The notes under the pieces: model-generated
Told to the model about the DNA's origin: nothing
What the model saw: the letters and a program-made list of their open reading frames with translations, nothing else
Databases searched by the model: none
Assembly (NCBI GenBank): GCA_934725785.1
Contig: CAKVCS010000001.1
Coordinates: 1-51,318, forward strand
Direction: 5' to 3'
Length of the DNA stretch: 51,318 nt
From: an uncultured Bacteroidales bacterium
GTDB lineage: Bacteria; Bacteroidota; Bacteroidia; Bacteroidales; Marinilabiliaceae
Shown here: positions 44,679 to 51,318 of the stretch, one piece after another
How positions within the stretch are numbered: the first letter of the stretch is position 1
How the letters are laid out: each line of letters opens with the position of its first letter
Position numbers and translations under genes: made by a program

Positions 44679-45239
44679 ATGCTTTCTTTCAAGCTTTACC
44701 GCAAGGAGAACACGGCCGACTTCTGCCGCGGCCGCCTCTACGCTTCTGTCAACGACGATTGCCCGCCCTCCGGCGGCTCGTCCGCGCCGCTCGGCGAGTG
44801 CCTTCTCTGCGACACCATCGAGCCGCCTGTGCGCCGCCCTGCGGACTTTGTCCGAGGCAAGACGGCCGTACCCGCCGGCACCTACGACCTCGCCCTCACC
44901 CGCAGCCCGAAGTTCGGGCGCCCGCTCCCCGTTCTCATCGATGTGCCGGGCATGACGGGTGTCCGCATACACCGCGGCAATTCTGTGGCCGACACCCGCG
45001 GCTGCATCCTCCCGGGGCGATACGTCGGCCGGGGCAGGGTGGTGGACAGCACTCCCCGCGAACTTGACATCGTTCGCATGATGATGGATAGCGCCGATGG
45101 CGCAGAGATTGAGATTGTCGACGATTTCGCCGCGCCCTCTGTCGAGGCCGACCGCTCGCCAATCTTCTCCTCGTGGCCGCTCGCAACCCTCGTGGCGCGT
45201 TCCGTCTGGGATCGCCTCCGGCTCTCAGCCGCGGCATGA
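44679..45239 (+). CDS. DUF5675-like protein with a YkuD-like H...GC motif
   Basis: KTAVPAGTYDLALTRSPKFGRPLPVLIDVPGMTGVRIHRGNSVADTRGCILPG. Confidence 0.55.
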   Translation: MLSFKLYRKENTADFCRGRLYASVNDDCPPSGGSSAPLGECLLCDTIEPPVRRPADFVRGKTAVPAGTYDLALTRSPKFGRPLPVLIDVPGMTGVRIHRGNSVADTRGCILPGRYVGRGRVVDSTPRELDIVRMMMDSADGAEIEIVDDFAAPSVEADRSPIFSSWPLATLVARSVWDRLRLSAAA

Positions 45240-45283
45240 CCGGCTCGCCCCGACCCTCGCCAACCGGACGGCCACAAAAGCTG

Positions 45284-45316
45284 CCAGGCCCCGCCACCTC
45301 ATGTGGCGGGGCCTGG
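45284..45316. terminator. bidirectional hairpin between convergent genes
   Basis: Perfect 14-bp stem CCAGGCCCCGCCAC / GTGGCGGGGCCTGG with a 5-nt loop. No clear U-tract. Confidence 0.5.
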
Positions 45317-45411
45317 CCCTGCGGCGGGCGGCTTTGCCTGTCGCCACCGCTCCCTTTATGCTTTTGTCGCGTGTTCCTGTGCGGGCGCGACTCTCCGCGA
45401 GCTGCCGCTCT

Positions 45412-46989
45412 CTACCGGACTATCACTTTCGCCCGTCCGCCCGCTGAGTCCACGACGTATATGCCCGTAGGCAGCTGTCGCCCGTCCGGCATGCGCCTCC
45501 CGCTGAGGTCATACACTGCGCGCAGGCCCTCTGCCTCAACCTCGCCGTTGACGACTCTCGCGACGCTGCGACCCGAATTAACGTTCTTGGCCGCCGTCGT
45601 GAATTCCGACAGGGGTCTTATGTCGCTGAAGTAGCTGCCCCAAGTGCTGCTCTTGTAAGCCTTGACGGCGGCGTCAGGCACGTACAGCGGGCACAAGTTT
45701 TCGGGGAAGGCCTCGCTTTCGTCGATTTCGGGTACTGTCTCCGACTCCGAAATCACGTATTTCAGGCCCTCACAAAGCCTGAATGCGCCATAGTCGATAT
45801 GTGTGACATTTCCCGGTATGGTTATGTTTGCCAAACTGCGGCAACTCTCGAATGCGACGGAGCTGATATATGTCACGTTTTGAGGTATGTTAATGCTTCG
45901 TAGTGCGCTGCAACCGTCAAAAGCACTGTTGCCTATGTTAGCCACTGCTTCAGGGATGGATATTTCCGTCAGGCTGTTGCAATACTCAAATGCGCTCACT
46001 CCAATGCTTTTGATGCTTTCGGGTATTTTTATAGCCTCCAAATCACGACACGTATAGAATGCGTAGTCCCCAATTTTCGTCACCCCGTCCTGCAGTTCTG
46101 CGTAAGTGTAATGTAAGTGTTCCCACGGGTGGTGCGAGACTATTGGCGAGTCCCACTCATATTCAGTGCTGATGCTCACCTTATCGTCTTCACATTTCCA
46201 ACCGTTGCCCACGGTCGCCTTGACTGCGGTGCCGATTGCGCCGTCCGAGATTGACGGGAAGATGTGTTTCCAGTCAGACTCTTCGTATGCCTCCAGCGAT
46301 CCCGATGGAACGTAGAGTGCGCAAATGTTGCAAGGGAATGCATCCAGTCCAATATTTGCGGGAGAACCTCCTGCGCACTCGACGTACTCTAAGCTGTCGC
46401 AGTATAAAAAGGCTTGCTCCCTTATCTCCGTGACGCTCTCAGGGATTCTTACGTGTTTGAGAGACCAGCAGGAATAGAAAGCGCCGTTTTCTATGGTCGT
46501 GACTCCGTCAGGAACAGTAATATCCGAAATTGCGCAAGTGTTGAAAACGCTTCTGCGTAAAGTTGTCACACCTTTGGGGATGTTCACAGTGGTGAAATTA
46601 AAGTTGTATGCGAATGCAGATCCTCCAATCTCAGTGACGCTCTCTGGTAAAGTAATTCCCGTGAGGCTCCAGCAAGACTGGAATGAACTATAGCCTATTT
46701 GCTCAACCCCGTCAGGTATCGATACCTTCGTTAGTTTTGTGCAACTTGCGAAGGCTTCATTTCCGACCCTTGTCACGCCGGGTTCTATCACCACGCTCGT
46801 CACTGCCTCGCGGTCAGCGTCCCAAGGGTAGTCCGCCTTTGCGTCCGCCCATTCGTACTCTTGCGTCACCGTCAGGACGCCCTCGTCCGTCAGCGTCCAC
46901 CCCGTGCCGCTGTTGTCTGCTCTCGTCTCGCCGCCCCACGCCAGCGCGGCCGCCGCGGCGATGATGATTGTGGATAATGTCTTCTTCAT
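45412..46989 (-). CDS. BspA-type leucine-rich-repeat surface protein with a T9SS C-terminal sorting domain
   Basis: Signal peptide MKKTLSTIIIAAAAALAWG. Repeated units follow the pattern IP.SVT.IG..AF..C..L..I.IP. The C-terminal AVYDLSGRRM...LPTGIYVVDSAGGRAKVIVR is a Por/T9SS CTD pattern. Confidence 0.8.
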   Translation of the reverse strand: MKKTLSTIIIAAAAALAWGGETRADNSGTGWTLTDEGVLTVTQEYEWADAKADYPWDADREAVTSVVIEPGVTRVGNEAFASCTKLTKVSIPDGVEQIGYSSFQSCWSLTGITLPESVTEIGGSAFAYNFNFTTVNIPKGVTTLRRSVFNTCAISDITVPDGVTTIENGAFYSCWSLKHVRIPESVTEIREQAFLYCDSLEYVECAGGSPANIGLDAFPCNICALYVPSGSLEAYEESDWKHIFPSISDGAIGTAVKATVGNGWKCEDDKVSISTEYEWDSPIVSHHPWEHLHYTYAELQDGVTKIGDYAFYTCRDLEAIKIPESIKSIGVSAFEYCNSLTEISIPEAVANIGNSAFDGCSALRSINIPQNVTYISSVAFESCRSLANITIPGNVTHIDYGAFRLCEGLKYVISESETVPEIDESEAFPENLCPLYVPDAAVKAYKSSTWGSYFSDIRPLSEFTTAAKNVNSGRSVARVVNGEVEAEGLRAVYDLSGRRMPDGRQLPTGIYVVDSAGGRAKVIVR

Positions 46990-47282
46990 TCTTATTTCTG
47001 TTTTCGGTTCCTCGGCGCGTCTTGCGCACCACCCCTCCTTCTACGTGCATCTTTTATTTTGGTTGTGAAAAGCCATGAGGCTCCGTTGATACTTTTACCA
47101 ATTGGCGTGTTTTCTAAGTTGCCCCTTCCTGCTCATCCCAAAGCCTGTCATAAGTCTCCAGCCTTTTCAAGTTTGCTCCATTTTCATGCCTCATGACACA
47201 TAGCCTCTCCATTGCCCGCCTCACACATTTTTGTATGCCGACATTCCAATCTGTGCTGTCTTAATCCAGCCTAAATGTTGCT

Positions 47283-47305
47283 GGGTGTTTTTTTTTGTAA
47301 ATTTG
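47283..47305 (+). promoter_or_regulatory. Bacteroides-type promoter for the J-like/GrpE-like/Hsp70 operon
   Basis: GGGTGTTTTTTTTTGTAAATTTG, with an exact TAnnTTTG at 47298-47305 about 46 nt before the ATG. Confidence 0.5.
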
Positions 47306-47350
47306 TGTTGACGACAGCAAGAAGATATCGCAAGTTCAAACAGGGTCTTG

Positions 47351-49057
47351 ATGAATATACTGCAAAACAACCCCTACCGCACTCTCGGAGTTTACTCGAA
47401 CTCCCATATAAAGGAGAGGCTGGCAAACAGAAACCGTATGAAGGCGTTTCTGAAGGTGGGCAAACCAGTCGCTTTTCCTTTAGACCTTCCGCAATATATG
47501 GCGGCCGTCGACCGCACGGCTGCCTCGGTCGAGGAGGCTGAGGCTGAATTGGCTTTGCCTAAAGACCAGGTGTTCTACGCACAGTTCTGGTTCGTTAAGC
47601 TCTCGCCTCTCGACGAGGTCGCTTTCAACAACCTTCTCTCAGGGGACATGGGCAAGGCCGAGGAGATATGGCAGAAGAGACCCTCCGCCTCCTCTCTGCA
47701 GAACAGCATAGTGTGCGCGCTTATCCGCAAGGACTATGCTTGCGCTGTCCGTTGTGCGGAGGCGTTATATGGCGATAGTCGGAAGGTCGGCCAGCTTGTC
47801 TCTGCCGTCCTCGGAGATGCCGGGTGCTCGTTCCCGCTGTCGGGCTTGCAGAACGCTTTTGTTGATGCCTTGAGCGGCGTCGTGGGGGCTGAGAGTCTCA
47901 TTCCCATTATCGAGAACAGCGATTTGCGGGTCTCCGTTGTTCAATCGGCCACAGGGCCGCTGTTCAAGCAGGTCGAGTCGGCTATCGCGGTCGCGAGGAT
48001 GGCTGTGGATAAAGGCTATGCCGGCCTGAGGGCTGGCAGGGCGTTGATGAATGAGACGAGGGATCCTGTCAGTAAGCTCAAGGAACTTGTGCCTGCCAAT
48101 GACATTCACTTCCAGGCGGTCATGGACAAGTTGTCGCAGGAACTCTCGCATTGCGCCATCCTCTATCACAATCACACCGATGATGACGACGCCCCGCATA
48201 AGGCCCTGCCTCTCCTCAGATACGCCCTATCCGTCGCCATTAGTGCCATGGAGAGGGAAAAATGCAAGAAAGACATCCTGACACTCGAGAGGATGGAGCG
48301 CAAAAGTGCTGTGCGAGGACAAATCGAAAGAATCGAGGGCGCTGTCCGCAATCTAAAGTTAGACAGATTTGGGGTCCGCTTTGGTGGTGGGGAGGCCGAG
48401 CTTCAAGAGGTTACGCAGATTGTCAAGGGGTGTGCCTCCGACCTCGCGGACATAAAGGCGGAGCTGGGCGGCTCTTCCGAGCAGTATGCCATGTTCTCTT
48501 CGCTGCTCGCCGCCGCCGCTGTCAACGCCGTGGTCAGGATTCTTAACCTCCAGCAAGACCAGCATGCGGGCGACGTGACGACACTCCGTCACGTCTTCTC
48601 CTCCGGAATCTCCACTATGGAGGAGATTAATGGCATCCATATGGACGCCAAGGTGCGCAAATATTTCGATGACAATTTTTCAGTCATAAAGTCTATATAC
48701 GAACGCCTGAGTCCGATTAACATATTAAGTCGGTATCTTCCGGATTATAAGAAGCTTGAGGAGGCGGCTAAAGCCGAAGCTGAATACCGGAGGAAGATAA
48801 GTGGTGAGTCAAGTGGCGGAGCCTGCTACGTGGCCACCATGGCCTATGGGGACTATGACCATCCGCAGGTCGTCATCCTCCGCCATTTCCGCGACCGCTA
48901 TCTCTCGCACAGAGACTGGGGCAGGCGGTTCATAAATACCTACTACAGATATTCGCCAAGGCTTGTCGAGAAGCTTAAGGGCCACTCTGTTGTAAACAGG
49001 CTCATAAGGGGTATCCTCGATGGCTTCATTTCCTGCATAAGAAACAAATATGAGTAA
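47351..49057 (+). CDS. 568-aa hypothetical protein with a degenerate J-domain-like N-terminus and a CxVATxAYG...LRxFRD C-terminal module
   Basis: NPYRTLGVYSNSHIKERLANRNRMKAFLK resembles J-domain helices I-II, but no HPD follows. The C-terminal GGACYVATMAYGDYDHPQVVILRHFRDRYL is a motif I recall at the C-termini of diverse membrane-associated proteins. The ATG is at 47351; the track lists TTG 47348. Confidence 0.55.
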   Translation: MNILQNNPYRTLGVYSNSHIKERLANRNRMKAFLKVGKPVAFPLDLPQYMAAVDRTAASVEEAEAELALPKDQVFYAQFWFVKLSPLDEVAFNNLLSGDMGKAEEIWQKRPSASSLQNSIVCALIRKDYACAVRCAEALYGDSRKVGQLVSAVLGDAGCSFPLSGLQNAFVDALSGVVGAESLIPIIENSDLRVSVVQSATGPLFKQVESAIAVARMAVDKGYAGLRAGRALMNETRDPVSKLKELVPANDIHFQAVMDKLSQELSHCAILYHNHTDDDDAPHKALPLLRYALSVAISAMEREKCKKDILTLERMERKSAVRGQIERIEGAVRNLKLDRFGVRFGGGEAELQEVTQIVKGCASDLADIKAELGGSSEQYAMFSSLLAAAAVNAVVRILNLQQDQHAGDVTTLRHVFSSGISTMEEINGIHMDAKVRKYFDDNFSVIKSIYERLSPINILSRYLPDYKKLEEAAKAEAEYRRKISGESSGGACYVATMAYGDYDHPQVVILRHFRDRYLSHRDWGRRFINTYYRYSPRLVEKLKGHSVVNRLIRGILDGFISCIRNKYE

Positions 49058-49986
49058 TGATGAAGATAATATTCACGCTTGTAGCGCTGGCCGCTTTTCC
49101 CTTTATGCCGGTGCGCGCGCAAGAGCCGTCAGACACGGTCGAGCTCGGTGAGCTTAAGGAGCAGTTCGAAGCTCTGCAGAGCCTGCAGAAACGCCAAACA
49201 GAGGAGATTCGCCAACTAACGGAGAAATATAAGGCTGTCGAACATAACCTATCGCTCGTTGAGAGTGTGCGCGATAGACAGATAAAAAGAATCGACAGTC
49301 TGGCCTCTGTCTGCGATACGCTGACCCAAAAACAATCCGAAGACAGTAAGAGCGTCAACGGTAGAATAGACAACGTCAATAGCGATGTCCGCTCCAACAA
49401 CCAGGCGTTGCGTAGTCACACCCTCTGGGGCGGGGTGTTGGCTGTCGTCATGTTGGCGGCCGTGGGCGTAGCCTCCTTTCTCCTGTCCCGGCGCATAAAG
49501 TCTGGCTCCTCATCTATCGATGAGGTCCGCAAGGCGCAAGAAGCCCTCAAGCGCACGCAGGCCCTCATGCAGGAGGAGTCTGTCAAGCTCGACGACAAGA
49601 TGTTGGCCATCTTAGACAAGAGGCTGTCAAGCTCTGCGCAAAGCCAAGGCGACGGCAAGCCCGACCATTCGCTGGCACTCAAGGTGGCCGACGAGATTGT
49701 GAGGATTGAGCTCAACATGTCGCATATGGACCCCTCCGTCAAGGGCTTCAAGCAATTGTCTAAAGCAGTCGAGCGAATCAAGAACAATTTCCAGGCCAAT
49801 GGCTACGAGATAGTCGACATGCTCGGCAAGCCCTATGACGATGGCATGAAGGTCACCGCTAACTTCGTGGCGGACGATAGCCTCGAGGCCGGTGCGCAAA
49901 TCATAACTGGCGTCACGAAGCCGCAAATCAATTTCAACGGGCAGATGATCCAGGCTGCTCAGATCACTGTAAGCCAAAACATCTAA
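49057..49986 (+). CDS. signal-peptide/TM-anchored coiled-coil protein with a GrpE-like C-terminal domain
   Basis: Signal MMKIIFTLVALAAFPFMPVRAQ, TM LWGGVLAVVMLAAVGVASFLL, and a C-terminal ANGYEIVDMLGKPYDDGMKVTANFVADDSLEAGAQIITGVTKPQINFNGQMIQAAQITV that follows the GrpE beta-domain pattern. Its start overlaps the upstream stop. Confidence 0.6.
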   Translation: MMKIIFTLVALAAFPFMPVRAQEPSDTVELGELKEQFEALQSLQKRQTEEIRQLTEKYKAVEHNLSLVESVRDRQIKRIDSLASVCDTLTQKQSEDSKSVNGRIDNVNSDVRSNNQALRSHTLWGGVLAVVMLAAVGVASFLLSRRIKSGSSSIDEVRKAQEALKRTQALMQEESVKLDDKMLAILDKRLSSSAQSQGDGKPDHSLALKVADEIVRIELNMSHMDPSVKGFKQLSKAVERIKNNFQANGYEIVDMLGKPYDDGMKVTANFVADDSLEAGAQIITGVTKPQINFNGQMIQAAQITVSQNI

Positions 49987-49989
49987 TCA

Positions 49990-51318
49990 ATGACAAGAAA
50001 TAAAATTGACTACGGCATAGATCTCGGCACGACCAATTCAGCAATATGCCGGATGGAAAAGGGCGAGCCTTGCGTAATCAAGACCGATGTACTCAAAGAT
50101 ACCATGCCGTCATGCGTCTCGGTTAACAAGAAGGGTTCCTTGAAGGCGGGGGACGGCGCTTTCAACACAATGAAGCAGGATAAGCGCCGCGCGACGATGT
50201 CTTGGCATCGCGGCGCTTCGAATACCTACGTCGAGTTCAAGCGCACGATGGCTACGGACACAAGGTATGCTTGCGAGAACCTTGGCAGGGACTTCTCTTC
50301 CGAGGAGCTGTCTTCCGAGGTGCTTAAGACCCTTAAGTCCTTCGTCACCGACGAGGCCATTAACTCCGTCGTCATAACCGTCCCCGCCAAGTTCACGGTC
50401 AACCAGAAGACGGCTACCATCGAGGCCGCCAAGATGGCGGGCTTCAAGCGCTGCGAGCTGCTTCAGGAGCCTATCGCCGCCTCTATGGCGTATGGCGTTT
50501 CCGCAGATGAGAAGAATGGCCTCTGGATGGTGTTCGACTTCGGTGGCGGCACGTTCGATGCAGCTCTCCTTAAAGTTGAGGATGGGATAATGCAAGTTTT
50601 TGACACAGAGGGCGACAATTACCTCGGAGGCAAGAACCTCGACTATGCCATTGTCGACAGCATCCTTATCCCATACCTCCAAGAGAATTACGCCATCGGA
50701 GGCTATCTTGCTGACCCAGAGAAGAAGGATGTCCTCCGCGACGCTATGAAGACTTATGCAGAGGAGGCCAAGAACCAGCTCTCTTTCAAAGCCAGCGAGG
50801 ATGTCATCTCAAACCTCGGTGACCTCGGTCAGGATGAGGAGGGCGAGGAGATCGAGCTCGACCTGACGCTCTGGCAGGAGCAGGTGTTCGATGTCATGCG
50901 ACCCTATTTCCAGAAGGCGGTCGACATATGCAAGAATCTCGTCAGCCGAAACAATATCGACCCTTCTCAAATCACTAAACTTATTCTTGTTGGCGGGCCA
51001 ACCCATAGCCCGCTCATCCGCCAGATGCTAAGGGAGCAGCTCACGCCCAACGTGGACACGAGCATCGACCCGATGACGGCGGTAGCCTCGGGGGCTGCGC
51101 TTTTCGCCTCCACGCTCGATGCCGAGGTCTCTGACGGTGATATCGAGGTCGGCACGGTCAAGCTCGATGTCAACTACGAGTCTACGACGGTCGAGACGAC
51201 AGAATTCGTGACGGTGAGGCTCGCCGCCGGCTCTTTTGTCGACGAGGTGCTTGTCGAGTGCGTCAGGGCGGACAAGGCGTGGGCGAGCGGCAAGGTCGAG
51301 ATAAACTCAAGGGGCGAC
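49990..51318 (+). CDS. Hsp70-family ATPase with a non-canonical C-terminal region; 3' end outside the window
   Basis: My own translation is open for 443 codons to the window end. It contains IDYGIDLGTTNSAI, VITVPAKF, LLQEPIAASMAYG, VFDFGGGTFDAALL and LILVGGPTHSP. No DnaK-like linker/SBD motif (DVLLLDVTPLSLG) follows the NBD. Confidence 0.85.
   Translation, partial: MTRNKIDYGIDLGTTNSAICRMEKGEPCVIKTDVLKDTMPSCVSVNKKGSLKAGDGAFNTMKQDKRRATMSWHRGASNTYVEFKRTMATDTRYACENLGRDFSSEELSSEVLKTLKSFVTDEAINSVVITVPAKFTVNQKTATIEAAKMAGFKRCELLQEPIAASMAYGVSADEKNGLWMVFDFGGGTFDAALLKVEDGIMQVFDTEGDNYLGGKNLDYAIVDSILIPYLQENYAIGGYLADPEKKDVLRDAMKTYAEEAKNQLSFKASEDVISNLGDLGQDEEGEEIELDLTLWQEQVFDVMRPYFQKAVDICKNLVSRNNIDPSQITKLILVGGPTHSPLIRQMLREQLTPNVDTSIDPMTAVASGAALFASTLDAEVSDGDIEVGTVKLDVNYESTTVETTEFVTVRLAAGSFVDEVLVECVRADKAWASGKVEINSRGD

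Noticed and set aside
49990-51318. Whether the Hsp70 gene is simply the housekeeping dnaK.
   Set aside because: It is preceded by a signal-peptide/TM-bearing GrpE-like gene and a J-like gene without HPD. The sequence after the NBD lacks the DnaK linker/SBD motifs. I therefore kept it as a non-canonical system, although the check (presence of another dnaK elsewhere in the genome) cannot be done from this window.

Overview
The window reads as a high-GC Bacteroidota-type chromosome segment. Supporting signs are TTTG/TAnnTTTG-style promoters, a T9SS C-terminal sorting domain, a frdCAB-type fumarate reductase operon, a GH3-family gene and an Rpn nuclease. The housekeeping backbone is thiE, a polyprenyl synthase, queD, a deoxynucleoside kinase, deoC, mazG-like plus dtd, FKBP, frdCAB and tRNA-Leu(CAA). 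There is also a CDP-alditol / phosphotransferase-type polysaccharide cluster (TagF-like, SDR, IspD/TarI-like, Wzx, LicD). Three accessory modules stand out.

(1) At about 27.0-37.6 kb, a sharply AT-richer seven-gene single-strand island abuts the 3' end of tRNA-Leu. It carries a DUF4007-like protein, a 1073-aa P-loop ATPase and a PP-loop PAPS-reductase-like enzyme, which resembles sspBCD phosphorothioation. These are followed by a PLD-nuclease/SF2-helicase fusion, a 77-aa ORF, a Rad50/DndD-like ATPase with a central CxxC hook, and a 172-aa unknown. This is my best candidate for a novel DNA-modification/defence system.

(2) At 11.27-19.85 kb, a tightly packed six-gene operon encodes a secreted vWA protein, a lipoprotein with a TM segment, a 967-aa tubulin/FtsZ-superfamily GTPase, a 785-aa coiled-coil partner, TerD, and a membrane protein ending in a CW_7 (Cpl-7) peptidoglycan-binding repeat.

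(3) From 47.3 kb to the window end, an operon encodes a protein with a J-like N-terminus lacking HPD, a signal-peptide/TM-anchored GrpE-like protein, and a non-canonical Hsp70.

All three operons are preceded by the identical 12-mer GTGTTTTTTTTT placed in a Bacteroides-type promoter spacer. No CRISPR array, rRNA, integrase or IS transposase was seen. All calls come from reading the sequence and translations by eye; no searches were run.
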